Source of the DNA: Patescibacteria group bacterium
Lineage (GTDB): Bacteria > Patescibacteriota > Minisyncoccia > RBG-13-40-8-A
NCBI GenBank assembly: GCA_018897295.1
Contig: JAHILA010000014.1
Coordinates: 67,891 to 131,890 of the forward strand
Length of the DNA: 64,000 bases
Direction: 5' to 3'
A program made the translations under genes and the position numbers. The notes beneath the pieces were generated by a model, which was given only the letters and a program-made list of their open reading frames with translations, had not been told where the DNA came from and did no database searches. Positions 9,948-20,387 of this stretch are shown piece after piece; positions within the stretch are counted from its first letter, which is position 1, and each line of letters opens with the position of its first letter.

Positions 9948-11720
9948 TTACGGAATATAATATACAAAAATTGAATTGCCGATAATTGTTACTGGTTCGT
10001 ACTTATTGAGCCAGACATAGTAGTCAGTTCTTATTTCAAATCCTTTTGTCGCTATGGCGCGATTCTGCTGCAGAAAAGTTGCGGAAACAGCTAACCAGCT
10101 GTTTTTTGCTTTTTGCGGATCATAATCCGCATGCCATTCTTCAGCTTTGTCTCCTAAATAATATTTCGCATTTGCCCCGCCGAAATAATCGATTTTAATT
10201 TTCTGGATGTTATTTTTCTCAACCCATTCTGCCAGACGTTTTAAATCCTGGCCCCAGTCGAGATTGGAGTCGGTTACATATATATAACCGTTTTTAGCGC
10301 CGCCAATTAATTCGTTAAAATAAGTGAGGTAATAAGGATAGATTGATAAGGATGAAAACGCATACCATGCCAATAAAGTTCCGAGTAGCAGGCAACAAGT
10401 AATAAAAACTCTTTTTTTATTATGGATTTGATTGAATAATTTTTTTATCTGGCCAGAAACAAGAATATAAACAAATGGAAATGTAGGGAGAATATGACGT
10501 ATGCCGATATTTAAATTGCTGGTAATACTTGCGCCCCAATATATGGCTAGAAAAATCAGCATTGCAATTTCTGTAAAATGGTTTTTCAGAAAATTTTCAA
10601 CTTGCCTCGCTGGCAGGCGGGTTTTACGGAACTTAGTTTGCCAAGCCAGGAACAAAAGAGCAATAATGGTTAATATGTGTAGCACTAATGGTTCCTTTAT
10701 GGCATATACAATAGGGAAATAACTCTTCCAACCCTTATTGGTTACATCTCCCAGGAAATAAGTAGTATTTCCGCCAGTTGCTCTTTGGAAAACCATGAAC
10801 AATCCTAGGGCATACTGGGCATACGGCCTCAAAATCGGCTGTTTAGACATCCAAATTGTCAGGTCGCCGATTGGTTTTACTGGAAATTGCGAAGCAATAA
10901 AAGTTGTGTCGGAAATTTGTTTTTCTTGCGGGTAATTATAAGTATGGAACAGATAAACAGGATAAACAAGAATATAGCCGATAATCATAATCAGGGCGAA
11001 TCTAAAAATATAATGAAAAAATGTTTTCCAGAATTGTCTATTTTCCCGCCATTTGATATAGACCCAAATCAGAATCAAGATTCCAAAATAGGGGACAAGC
11101 AAAATCAAAGAGAATTTTATAAGCTGGGCAATGCCAAAAGCTATTCCTGCCCAAAACAGATTTTTCCCGTTTTGGTTCTTCAAATATTTTATGAAGAAAT
11201 AAGAGGCAAAGAAAAATGCGAAAGCAGCGCCGACATCAGTAGTAACATAACGACCGTGCGCTAGGAATGTTGGAGAAAAAGAAAAAAGGAAAACCGCAAG
11301 CAAAGCAGAAAGTTTTCCGTACAATTCTTTTGTCCAACGATAAATGAAAAAACCCAAAAGAATCAGTAGTAGAAGCATTGGAATTCTGGACCAGAAAATA
11401 ATTTTATCAGCGTTGTTATTAGATTCGTATAGAAATTTAAACCCGAAATCCCACTGACTGTTTACTTCGCTTGTCCAGGATTTTAAATCTTTCGGAAAGT
11501 TGATATCATTCATAAAAAGCGCGGGAATGGCTGATAAATCCTTCAATAAAGGCGGGTGTTCCGGATTCAAACGCATATCTTTTTGGGTTAAATAAGAATA
11601 GCCCGCAGGAGTGTGGGCAACTTCGTCCATAATCGCTGATTCCTGTTTTTGGCTGATAGTTGCCAGGACCAGCATTAATAAAACCAAAACTATAGATAAA
11701 ATTGGCGCTAATTTTTTCAT
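9948..11720 (-). CDS. GT-C fold glycosyltransferase (family 39/ArnT-like)
   Basis: DE motif, LNPEHPPLLK, DSNLDWGQDL, many TM segments. Confidence 0.85.
   Translation of the reverse strand: MKKLAPILSIVLVLLMLVLATISQKQESAIMDEVAHTPAGYSYLTQKDMRLNPEHPPLLKDLSAIPALFMNDINFPKDLKSWTSEVNSQWDFGFKFLYESNNNADKIIFWSRIPMLLLLILLGFFIYRWTKELYGKLSALLAVFLFSFSPTFLAHGRYVTTDVGAAFAFFFASYFFIKYLKNQNGKNLFWAGIAFGIAQLIKFSLILLVPYFGILILIWVYIKWRENRQFWKTFFHYIFRFALIMIIGYILVYPVYLFHTYNYPQEKQISDTTFIASQFPVKPIGDLTIWMSKQPILRPYAQYALGLFMVFQRATGGNTTYFLGDVTNKGWKSYFPIVYAIKEPLVLHILTIIALLFLAWQTKFRKTRLPARQVENFLKNHFTEIAMLIFLAIYWGASITSNLNIGIRHILPTFPFVYILVSGQIKKLFNQIHNKKRVFITCCLLLGTLLAWYAFSSLSIYPYYLTYFNELIGGAKNGYIYVTDSNLDWGQDLKRLAEWVEKNNIQKIKIDYFGGANAKYYLGDKAEEWHADYDPQKAKNSWLAVSATFLQQNRAIATKGFEIRTDYYVWLNKYEPVTIIGNSIFVYYIP
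10601..10621. repeat. 21-bp palindromic element in the glycosyltransferase gene
   Basis: CTTGCCTCGCTGGCAGGCGGG; peptide RLPARQ. Confidence 0.8.
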
Positions 11721-11760
11721 ATAGTTTAATTATATCATCTAATGTGGTACAATAGTAGAT

Positions 11761-12135
11761 ATGGAAGAGATATATAAAAATTTTGAGGCAAAAAAAGCCG
11801 AGGCTTTGCAGCAGCCAGAAAACAAAGAAGGAGAGTTGAGTCCGGAAAAACAAAAAGAAATTTTAAAAGAAGCTATTTCCGAGAGAATAACTACAGCCCA
11901 GCCAGTAATTAGCCAGCAGCAAGTTGCTGCGCAGACAGCGCAGAAATTAAAAGACCAGCCAAAAGACAGACAGATTCAGCTTCTGATTGAAATGGCTTTT
12001 GAAAAAGGAATTGTCGAAGCAGTGGAAGTTGCCAAAAATCTTGACAATCCTTATCTTTTGGATGAATTCCACGATGCCTTGGTAGATGAGTTTTATAAAA
12101 AATTAGTCGAACAAGGAAAATTGAAAGCGATATAA
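11761..12135 (+). CDS. Conserved hypothetical protein upstream of the ATPase
   Basis: 124-aa ORF with an NPYLLDEFHD motif, closely coupled to the next gene. Confidence 0.75.
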   Translation: MEEIYKNFEAKKAEALQQPENKEGELSPEKQKEILKEAISERITTAQPVISQQQVAAQTAQKLKDQPKDRQIQLLIEMAFEKGIVEAVEVAKNLDNPYLLDEFHDALVDEFYKKLVEQGKLKAI

Positions 12136-12136
12136 T

Positions 12137-14593
12137 ATGGAGACAATGCAATTTATTTATATTGTCAGCGGATTGATTGTACTTCTAATCGGCGGATTGG
12201 CGTTTATTTTGTTAGTTGAAAGATCGAGGGGCAGGGGATTAATTGTCAGGGCTTTGAATATGAGTTTGTTTTTAATCAAGATACCCAGAGAGACAAAAGA
12301 GGACTTGTCATCTGAAGAAAAGAAAAACAGGATTGCTGTAATGGAGCAATTTTTATCAAATTTGGGCTCTTTGAGGGAAAGGGGCTCAAAAATTCAGTTT
12401 TCCTATGGCCAGCCGTATATTGTTTTGGAGATGGCTGTTCCATTTTCTGGCACAGAAATTTCTTTTTATCTCGCGGCTCCCAGGAAATACGAAACATTTC
12501 TGGAAAAACAAGTTTACGGATTTTATCCAAAAGCCATTGTACAAAAGGTTGAAGATTACAATATTTTCAATCCCCAAGGGGCTTGCGCCGGCGGATTTTT
12601 AAAGCTGGAGAAAAACAGTATTTTGCCGATTAAAACTTATAAAGATTTAGAAATTGACCCATTGGAAAACATTTCTACTGCATTGAGCAAGATAGAAGAA
12701 ACCGGCGAGGGCGGGGCATTACAGATTGTTTTAAAGCCATCTCTGAAAAACTGGGATAAATTCGGATTGTCTATAATCAGAAAAATGAATCGGGGCCAAA
12801 GTTTTAATGACGCCATAAAAGGTAAAGAAATAAAAAAGCCCAAAAAAGACGAACCACAGCAAGTTCAACCGCAAGTTACTCCTGATGCCCAGGAAACAAT
12901 AAAATCTTTGCAATCCAAAATATCAAAAACCGGATTTGAGGTGAATATCCGGCTTTTATTTTCAGGAAAAACACAGGAAAGGTCAGAAGAGCTTTTATCC
13001 CATATGGAAGGTTCTTTTTATCAATTCGGCGCGCCTAATCTTAATTCTTTGAGATTGGGAAAGATGAAAAAAAATGGGCTGAAAAAACTTTGCTTCTACT
13101 TCTCATTCAGAGTATTTAGTAAAAAACAAAAAATGATTTTAAATAGTGAGGAGGTCGCAAGTATTTTCCATTTTCCATTAACTTCGCTTAGTTCTCCCAA
13201 AATGAAATGGCTGAAAGCCAAGGAATCAGTTCCGCCGATAAATATTCCCAAAGAAGGCGTATTGCTCGGCAAGAATATTTTTAGGGGCGAGGAAACTGAA
13301 ATCAGAATGGCTGAAAATGACAGGCGTAGGCATTTTTACGTTATTGGGCAAACTGGAACAGGCAAGACAAAATTAATGATTAATATGATTAAGCAGGATA
13401 TTATTAATGGCAAAGGAGTTTGTTTTATTGATCCGCATGGTTCAGATGTTGATGATATTTTGGGAATGATTCCGCCAGAAAGAGCAGAAGATGTTATTTA
13501 TTTTAATCCAGGAGACATTGAAAGGCCAATGGGTTTAAATATGCTTGAATATGACCCGAAATTTCCAGAACAAAAAACTTTTCTTGCTAATGAAATGATA
13601 AATATTTTCAAGAAAATATTTCCTGAAGCGCCAGAAGGAATGGGTCCTGTGTTTCAGCAATATATGAGAGGCGCGTTATTATTGGTTATGGATGACCCAG
13701 AATCAGGAGCAACGCTTTTAGAGGTTCCCAAGGTTTTGGCTGATGCAGAATTCAGAAAATACAAGCTTTCAAAAACAAACAATATTGTAGTTAAAGATTT
13801 TTGGGAAAAGGAAGCTGAAAAGGCAGGAGGAGAGGCCTCGTTGGCAAACATTGTTCCTTATATCACTTCCAAAACAAATATATTTTTAGCAAATGATATT
13901 ATGCGCCCTATTTTGTGCCAGCAGAAAAGCTCTTTTGATTTCAGAAAAATAATGGACGAAAAGAAAATTTTCTTAGCCAACCTATCAAAAGGCAAGATGG
14001 GAGATTTAAATAGTTATCTATTAGGTTTGATTATTGTTGGGAAGTTTTTAATGGGAGCTTTTTCCAGAGTAGATACCCCAGAAGATCAAAGGCCTGATTT
14101 TTATCTTTATATTGATGAATTTCAGAATTTTACAACAGACAGTATTTCAACAATTTTAGCTGAAGCAAGAAAATATAAATTAAATTTAATTATAGCTCAT
14201 CAATTCATTGGGCAATTAGAAGATAAAATTAAAGATGCAGTATTTGGAAATGTCGGTAGTATGGCTGTTTTTAGGGTTGGAGCCAATGATGCAGAGTTCT
14301 TAGTAAAACAATTTGAGCCGGTTTTTAGCGCACAAGATTTATTAAATATTGATAATTTCAATGCTTACTTGAAGCTTTTGATAAATAATACGACCAGCGT
14401 GCCATTCAATATTAAATGCAATCTTCCGGCAAAGGGAGATTCTCGAATTGCAATGAAAATTAAAGAACTTTCACGTATGAAATATGGACGCGAAAAAACA
14501 ATTGTGGATAAAGAAATTTTTGAAAGATCTAAAATTAAAACGGACAATACTCCTGGCGCTGATGTTTTATCAGAAGAAATAAATTTAAAATAA
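12137..14593 (+). CDS. Membrane-anchored TraG/VirB4-like ATPase (fused form)
   Basis: N-terminal TM segment, GQTGTGKT, DPHG, LYIDEFQNF, AEARKY. Confidence 0.88.
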   Translation: METMQFIYIVSGLIVLLIGGLAFILLVERSRGRGLIVRALNMSLFLIKIPRETKEDLSSEEKKNRIAVMEQFLSNLGSLRERGSKIQFSYGQPYIVLEMAVPFSGTEISFYLAAPRKYETFLEKQVYGFYPKAIVQKVEDYNIFNPQGACAGGFLKLEKNSILPIKTYKDLEIDPLENISTALSKIEETGEGGALQIVLKPSLKNWDKFGLSIIRKMNRGQSFNDAIKGKEIKKPKKDEPQQVQPQVTPDAQETIKSLQSKISKTGFEVNIRLLFSGKTQERSEELLSHMEGSFYQFGAPNLNSLRLGKMKKNGLKKLCFYFSFRVFSKKQKMILNSEEVASIFHFPLTSLSSPKMKWLKAKESVPPINIPKEGVLLGKNIFRGEETEIRMAENDRRRHFYVIGQTGTGKTKLMINMIKQDIINGKGVCFIDPHGSDVDDILGMIPPERAEDVIYFNPGDIERPMGLNMLEYDPKFPEQKTFLANEMINIFKKIFPEAPEGMGPVFQQYMRGALLLVMDDPESGATLLEVPKVLADAEFRKYKLSKTNNIVVKDFWEKEAEKAGGEASLANIVPYITSKTNIFLANDIMRPILCQQKSSFDFRKIMDEKKIFLANLSKGKMGDLNSYLLGLIIVGKFLMGAFSRVDTPEDQRPDFYLYIDEFQNFTTDSISTILAEARKYKLNLIIAHQFIGQLEDKIKDAVFGNVGSMAVFRVGANDAEFLVKQFEPVFSAQDLLNIDNFNAYLKLLINNTTSVPFNIKCNLPAKGDSRIAMKIKELSRMKYGREKTIVDKEIFERSKIKTDNTPGADVLSEEINLK

Positions 14594-14615
14594 TAATTAG
14601 TAAAAATTAAGATTA

Positions 14616-15305
14616 ATGAAAAAAAACGATATTATCGCGGTTTTATTTTTGGGCGAAATTGTTGCCTGGTTGATTCTGGCAGTGGCCAAGGGAATTTTGA
14701 ATCCGGATTTGTACGATAAGATTCACGGATTAATAACTATAATCTTGCCGATAATTTTTCCGATTGCGTGTTTGATTTTTCTTTATTTGGCAAGTATAAT
14801 CAGCAAAAAGATTAAAGTTGCTTATGAGGTGGCAAAATTTATTTTGGTTGGCGGATTGAATACTTTGGTTGATTGGGGAGTATTAAGTTTTCTTATTTTT
14901 GCCTTTAAGCGCTCCGGTATTAATTCGGATAAGGTCCTGTTTGAAGTTTTCTCTATAACAATTATTCTTTTTACTTTATTAAAGGCGACCTCATTTATTA
15001 TTGCCACTATTAATAGCTATATTTGGAATAAACTCTGGACATTTAAAAAGAAAACTACAGAAAAATTAGGCAGAGAATTTATACAATTTATAACTGTTTC
15101 GATTATTGGTTTTTTAATTAATGTCGGAATTGCTTCGTCTATTTTTAAATTCATTCCTGCAATGGGGGGATTGAATATAGAGCAGTGGGCTATTATTGCT
15201 GCAGCGATTGCTTCGGCAATCTCAATGACGTGGAATTTTGTAGGTTATAAATTTATCGTATTTAACAAAAAAGATGGCGGAACTAGTGATTTATCGCAAA
15301 TATAG
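14616..15305 (+). CDS. GtrA-family membrane protein
   Basis: KFILVGGLNTLVDW, NSYIWNKLWTF, WNFVGYKFIVF. Confidence 0.88.
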   Translation: MKKNDIIAVLFLGEIVAWLILAVAKGILNPDLYDKIHGLITIILPIIFPIACLIFLYLASIISKKIKVAYEVAKFILVGGLNTLVDWGVLSFLIFAFKRSGINSDKVLFEVFSITIILFTLLKATSFIIATINSYIWNKLWTFKKKTTEKLGREFIQFITVSIIGFLINVGIASSIFKFIPAMGGLNIEQWAIIAAAIASAISMTWNFVGYKFIVFNKKDGGTSDLSQI

Positions 15306-16389
15306 ACCTCAGAAATTTTCCGAGGTGATTGGCCAGGACCATGTTATAAAAACCCTGACCAGTGCTTTGAATGGCAATAAAGTTGCCCATGCTTATTTAT
15401 TTGCCGGGCCACGCGGAACAGGCAAGACCACAGTGGCTCGGCTTCTGGCAAAAGCAGTGAATTGCCAGGACAATTTCAGTTTTGAGCCGTGCAACAAGTG
15501 CGAATCCTGTTTGGAAATTATGGAAAACAGGGCAATGGACTTAATTGAAATTGACGCTGCTTCAAACAGGGGAATTGATGAAGTCCGGGAATTAAGAGAA
15601 AGAATCAGATTTGCTCCGAGTCGCGGCAAATACAAAGTTTTTGTTATTGATGAAGCGCATCAATTAACTCCAGCTGCTTTTAACGCTCTATTAAAAACAT
15701 TAGAAGAACCGCCTGCCCATGCCATCTTTATTCTTGCCACAACCGAAGCGCATAAAATGCTGCCAACCATTCTTTCGCGCGTCCAAAGATTTGATTTCAG
15801 AAAATTGTCTTTGTTGAATGTAATTAAAAAACTGGAAATGGTTGCTAAAAAAGAAGGGGTTAAAATCAGTGAGAAAGCATTAAGGATTATTGCTTTGAAT
15901 TCTGAAGGGTTTATGCGGGATGCGGAAAGTATGTTGGGGCAGGTGATTGCGTTTTCCGCCTCATCGGCGGACAAGCCCGGCGATAAGGAAATTTCCGTAG
16001 AAGATATTGAAAATATTTTGGGCATTGTTGATATTAATCTGGCAATAAAATTTATTGATTTATTGGCAAAGAAAAATTCCAGCGAAGCCTTGGGCTTTGT
16101 TGATAAATTTGTGAATCAGGGATATGATTTAGTGCAGTTTATCGAGTCATTGATAAACTATTCTAGAAAATTGATGCTTTTAAGGGTTGATAAAGACCTT
16201 TCAAAACTGATAAAAGAAGAAATAAGCGCGGAACAGTTAAATACTGCATTAAGGCAGTCAGAAGAGTTTTCTTTGGCAGAAATTTCAAAAATGATTGATA
16301 TTCTGCTTGAAACTTTATATCGCATGAAGAGTTCTTCTTTCCCGCAAATAAATATGGAATTAGCAGCAGTAGAGATTTGTAATAGGTAA
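15274..16389 (+). CDS. dnaX: DNA polymerase III subunit gamma/tau (short form)
   Basis: YRKYRPQ, GPRGTGKTT, zinc cysteines, DEAH, LKTLEEPP. Confidence 0.95.
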   Translation: MAELVIYRKYRPQKFSEVIGQDHVIKTLTSALNGNKVAHAYLFAGPRGTGKTTVARLLAKAVNCQDNFSFEPCNKCESCLEIMENRAMDLIEIDAASNRGIDEVRELRERIRFAPSRGKYKVFVIDEAHQLTPAAFNALLKTLEEPPAHAIFILATTEAHKMLPTILSRVQRFDFRKLSLLNVIKKLEMVAKKEGVKISEKALRIIALNSEGFMRDAESMLGQVIAFSASSADKPGDKEISVEDIENILGIVDINLAIKFIDLLAKKNSSEALGFVDKFVNQGYDLVQFIESLINYSRKLMLLRVDKDLSKLIKEEISAEQLNTALRQSEEFSLAEISKMIDILLETLYRMKSSSFPQINMELAAVEICNR

Positions 16390-16404
16390 AATTGAGTTCA
16401 GTCC

Positions 16405-16475
16405 TGCCGGATCGTCTAATGGTAGGACATGGGCCTTTGAAGCCCAGTATCTAGGTTCGAATCCTAGTCCGGCAG
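16405..16475 (+). tRNA. tRNA-Gln(UUG)
   Basis: Cloverleaf; anticodon arm TGGGC-CTTTGAA-GCCCA; T-loop GGTTCGAATCC. Confidence 0.95.
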
Positions 16476-16497
16476 GCCTGAACTCAAAAAATTGTGA

Positions 16498-16588
16498 ATC
16501 TAGGTTTGCCCGCCTAGACTCGACTCGCCTCGCTAAAGCTATGGCGAAGCGGGCGTCTAGTCGAGGCTGGAATCCAAGTCCGGCAGCA
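16498..16588 (+). pseudogene. Duplicated 3' half of tRNA-Gln interrupted by nested palindromes
   Basis: ATCTAGGTT[~62 nt]GAATCCAAGTCCGGCAG compared with tRNA ATCTAGGTTCGAATCCTAGTCCGGCAG. Confidence 0.7.
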
Positions 16589-16665
16589 CGAGTCAGCGCG
16601 TTATCGAGGCAGACCGGAGAGCATTAAAAATCGCCTTTTAGGCAATTTTTTGATAGAATAAAAAT

Positions 16666-17832
16666 ATGGATAAAAAAACAAACTTAAAAACCTTATACTT
16701 CATATCCTTTCTTTTAGCTGTCTCAACAGCTTTTCCTGCATATATTCGTTCTTCATTTATTGAAGAATTCGTAGGATTACAATGGTTAGGTATATTTTTT
16801 ATTGCAGCGATGCTTGTAAGCTTAATCGCTATTTTATTCTTTTCGGGATTAATTAAAAAATTAACTAATTATTATCTAAGCATAATAGTTCTAATAGTTA
16901 ATCTTATATCAATCATATTTCTTGTTTTAACTAGTTCTCCTTATCTTTTATTTTTATCCTTTATTCTTTTTACAGTTACTACTGTTTTAATTTGGATAAA
17001 TATGGATGTTTTTATTGAAAGTTGTTCTTTAGATCGTACAACCGGCAAAACAAGAGGCGTTTATTTTACTGTTCTTAATTTTGGATGGGTAATATCTCCT
17101 TTATTAGCTGGTTATTTAATCGGAAACAATAATTATCGTTTAACTTTTATTGTTGCCGGTTTGTTATTAATACCTGTTGTTTTTACTTTATTGATAAAGA
17201 AAAAGCAATTAAAAGATAATTGTGAATACGAGCATCATAATATTTTGTATGTATTTAAGAAATTTCTAAAGAACAAAAATTTAAAAGGAATATTCTTTAT
17301 TGCTTTTTTACTGCAGCTCTTTTTTGCTGTCATGACTATCTATGTGCCAATATATTTGAACCAATATTTAGGTTTTAGCTGGTCCACGATAGGAATTATG
17401 TTTACTTTTATGCTTTTGCCTTACATTTTTTTAGAGCTACCTGCTGGGATTGTTGCTGATAAGCATTTTAGAGAAAAAGAAATATTGATTGTTGGTTTTT
17501 TAATCTTGATAGCTAGTTGCGCTTTATTCTTTTTTACTAAATCTACTAGTGCTATTGTCTGGGCGTTAATATTATTTTTAAGTAGATGCGGAGCTGCTTT
17601 AATTGAGATAATGAGAGAAACATATTTCTTTAAGGTTGTAGATGTTCAACATATCGATTTTATTAATTTTCTTCGCACTAGCGGACCATTATCTTTTATA
17701 TCAACAATGATTTTATTTACATTACTTCTTAATTTTTTTGCAATTCAATATTTATTTATTTTTGTAGCCATTATTCTTCTTTCTGGCATCTATTTTGCTT
17801 GGGGGTTAAAGGATACGAAGCAATTAGGCTAA
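16666..17832 (+). CDS. MFS transporter
   Basis: About 12 TM segments; LELPAGIVADK motif. Confidence 0.88.
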   Translation: MDKKTNLKTLYFISFLLAVSTAFPAYIRSSFIEEFVGLQWLGIFFIAAMLVSLIAILFFSGLIKKLTNYYLSIIVLIVNLISIIFLVLTSSPYLLFLSFILFTVTTVLIWINMDVFIESCSLDRTTGKTRGVYFTVLNFGWVISPLLAGYLIGNNNYRLTFIVAGLLLIPVVFTLLIKKKQLKDNCEYEHHNILYVFKKFLKNKNLKGIFFIAFLLQLFFAVMTIYVPIYLNQYLGFSWSTIGIMFTFMLLPYIFLELPAGIVADKHFREKEILIVGFLILIASCALFFFTKSTSAIVWALILFLSRCGAALIEIMRETYFFKVVDVQHIDFINFLRTSGPLSFISTMILFTLLLNFFAIQYLFIFVAIILLSGIYFAWGLKDTKQLG

Positions 17833-17920
17833 CCAGCCCAGAATATAAAAAAGTAATCAAGATCCCAAATTTTGGTGATTGGATTGTATAAATCCGGATT
17901 AAGGGCTAAAATAAAGTTAT

Positions 17921-18022
17921 GCCCCGTAGTGAATTTTTGACTGGTCCGACGTCCGTCGGACCAAAATACTACAGGCATACATAATGATTAATTTTTAATT
18001 AGTCAAAAATCTACTACAGGGT
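17921..18022. repeat. Inverted-repeat element copy 1 (CCCCGTAG...CTACAGGG) abutting the tyrS start
   Basis: Same arms as 52935-53009. Confidence 0.85.
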
Positions 18023-19207
18023 ATGAGTGTGAAAATAGATGAAAACAAAATAGAAGAGATATTAACCCGCGGGGTAAGCGAGGTAATTGACCTAAAACAC
18101 TTGCGCGGGAAATTGATGTCTGGCAAAAAATTAAGGGTGAAACTTGGAATTGACCCCACCAGCCCCAATATTCATATTGGCAGAGCAGTTACATTGTTGA
18201 AAATGAAGGACTTTCAGGAGCTTGGCCACGAGATTATTTTTGTTATAGGCGACTTTACGGGCATGGTAGGCGATACTTCTGACAAAGATTCCGAAAGGCC
18301 GATGCTTTCCGGAGAACAGGTTAAGAAAAATATGAAAAATTATGTTGAGCAGGCAGGAAAGATTATCAATGTTAAAAAAGCCAAAATCGAACATAATTCA
18401 AAATGGCTTAAAAAACTTAATTTTGGCGAGATTAGTAAGTTAGCAAACCAATTTTCATTAGGAGAATTTATTGCCAGAGAAAATATCAGAAAAAGATTAG
18501 TAGAAGAAAAACACATTTCTCTAAGAGAATTACTATATCCTTTATTGCAAGGATATGACAGTATTGCAATCAAAGCAGATGTTGAACTTGGCGGGACAGA
18601 CCAAAGATTTAATTTATTAGCAGGCAGGACATTGCAAGAACATTATGGCCAGGAAGCGCAGGACATTTTAATGACTAATCTAATTTTGGGAACTGATGGC
18701 AGGAAAATGAGCTCAAGTTGGGGGAATACAATTAATGTTACAGACGAGCCAAAAGATATGTTCGGAAAAGTGATGAGCATTTCAGATGATTTGATTATTA
18801 CTTATTTTGTGCATTGTACCCGCATTGATATGGATAAAATCAGGGAATATGGAAAAAAACTTTTACTGGAAATAACTAACCCGCGCGATATCAAGATGGA
18901 ATTGGCTTTTGAAATCGTAAAAATCTATTGGGGAGAAAAAGGCGCAGAAAAGGGCAAAAAATATTTTGTTTCGGTTTTCCAGAAAAAAGATTTACCGGAC
19001 GAAATCCAGAAATATAAATTAGCAGGAAGGGATATTGTTGATGTTTTGGTTGAAACAAAACTGGCAACGAGCAGAGGAGACGCAAAAAGACTGATTGAGC
19101 AGGGCGGGATTGAAATTGACGGCGAAGAAATAAAATCGATTGACATCACAGTTAATCGAGGAAGCGTAATTCAGAAAGGCAAGAGGTTCTTTGCAAAGAT
19201 AATTTAG
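18023..19207 (+). CDS. tyrS: Tyrosine--tRNA ligase
   Basis: GIDPT..HIGR, YPLLQGYD, KMSSS, C-terminal S4 domain. Confidence 0.97.
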   Translation: MSVKIDENKIEEILTRGVSEVIDLKHLRGKLMSGKKLRVKLGIDPTSPNIHIGRAVTLLKMKDFQELGHEIIFVIGDFTGMVGDTSDKDSERPMLSGEQVKKNMKNYVEQAGKIINVKKAKIEHNSKWLKKLNFGEISKLANQFSLGEFIARENIRKRLVEEKHISLRELLYPLLQGYDSIAIKADVELGGTDQRFNLLAGRTLQEHYGQEAQDILMTNLILGTDGRKMSSSWGNTINVTDEPKDMFGKVMSISDDLIITYFVHCTRIDMDKIREYGKKLLLEITNPRDIKMELAFEIVKIYWGEKGAEKGKKYFVSVFQKKDLPDEIQKYKLAGRDIVDVLVETKLATSRGDAKRLIEQGGIEIDGEEIKSIDITVNRGSVIQKGKRFFAKII

Positions 19208-19226
19208 ATATGTTATACTGGTTTTC

Positions 19227-20387
19227 ATGGAGAGAAAGCGATTAACTTTCTTTATTTTAATAGCAGTTCTAATCGGTATTATTCTTGGAATCCTGCTTTG
19301 GAAAATCCTTAGCCCGAAACTGGGCGAAGGAGTTTTTTATTACCGACTTGATGGGAATAAAGCCAATTTGTTCTTATTAGATAATAAAGGCGAAGGCGAA
19401 AAGATTATTACGGTTGCTGCTCAGGAAGTTGATTTAGGCAAATACAAGCCGCCCCGCCATTCTTTTATTTCGCCGGACAGGCGCCAATTAGTTTATTTTA
19501 AAAAATCAAAGGAAGAGCAGATAGGAGATTTAGGCAACGGCATGATAGCAAGCAGGATTTATTATGATCCGATTCTGGTCAATCTAAAAACCGGAACAGA
19601 AAAGAAAATTGAACAGCCGATTGATTCAACCAGCTTGGTTTTTTCTCCGGATAGCAATAGCATTGCATGGATTAAAGAAATTAAAGATTCAACTTATGAG
19701 GAAATAGAGAAGAACGATACGAAGAGGGAGTTATGGATAAGTATAGCAGACGGTGAAAGTCCGCAACTATTAGCAAAATTTGAGGAAAATGTGCTTTTGT
19801 TAAAGCGCTGGAATGAAGATTATGTCTATTTTCAGGGAATTTTTGATGCGAATATCAAAAGCTTGGGTAGAATAAATATAAAAACCAAGAGAGTAGAATA
19901 TATAATTCCAAAAGGCTGCAATACTAATCTGACCAATTGCCAGAATATAGAATTCTCGCCAAGCGGCAAGATGTTTCTTTACGAGATCTACAGCAAGAAA
20001 AACGATAAGGAAATTACTGAGCTTTATTTGGGCGATTTCGAAAAAAGAGACTATAAACCGGTTTTAACCACAGATAGAATCAGTGACAAAATCTGGCTAG
20101 ATACAGAAAAAGGATTTTTTTACACAGAACAAAAGTCAGGTAAAAACAATGAAATAATTGAGACAATCCACTTGGTTGATTTATACAAGGAAACGGATAA
20201 TGAGATATACTCCGGAAGCTATATCAGCCAACTGGCATTTGACGGTTCCAGTAATTCTTTATACTTTCTTGAGAGGTCAGAAGGAGAAGAGCTGAATATG
20301 TTTAATATTATGAGATTAAATGTAAAAATCAAAGAAGCGGAAAAAATGCTGACCGAAAATTATAACAATATTTTAATCGTGCAGTAA
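19227..20387 (+). CDS. Membrane-anchored beta-propeller (TolB-like) protein
   Basis: N-terminal TM segment; repeated SPD/FSP motifs. Confidence 0.65.
   Translation: MERKRLTFFILIAVLIGIILGILLWKILSPKLGEGVFYYRLDGNKANLFLLDNKGEGEKIITVAAQEVDLGKYKPPRHSFISPDRRQLVYFKKSKEEQIGDLGNGMIASRIYYDPILVNLKTGTEKKIEQPIDSTSLVFSPDSNSIAWIKEIKDSTYEEIEKNDTKRELWISIADGESPQLLAKFEENVLLLKRWNEDYVYFQGIFDANIKSLGRINIKTKRVEYIIPKGCNTNLTNCQNIEFSPSGKMFLYEIYSKKNDKEITELYLGDFEKRDYKPVLTTDRISDKIWLDTEKGFFYTEQKSGKNNEIIETIHLVDLYKETDNEIYSGSYISQLAFDGSSNSLYFLERSEGEELNMFNIMRLNVKIKEAEKMLTENYNNILIVQ

Noticed and set aside
15274-16389. Short dnaX as a possible pseudogene or frameshift product
   Set aside because: The clamp-loader domains are intact, and a tRNA follows immediately with no downstream continuation frame.
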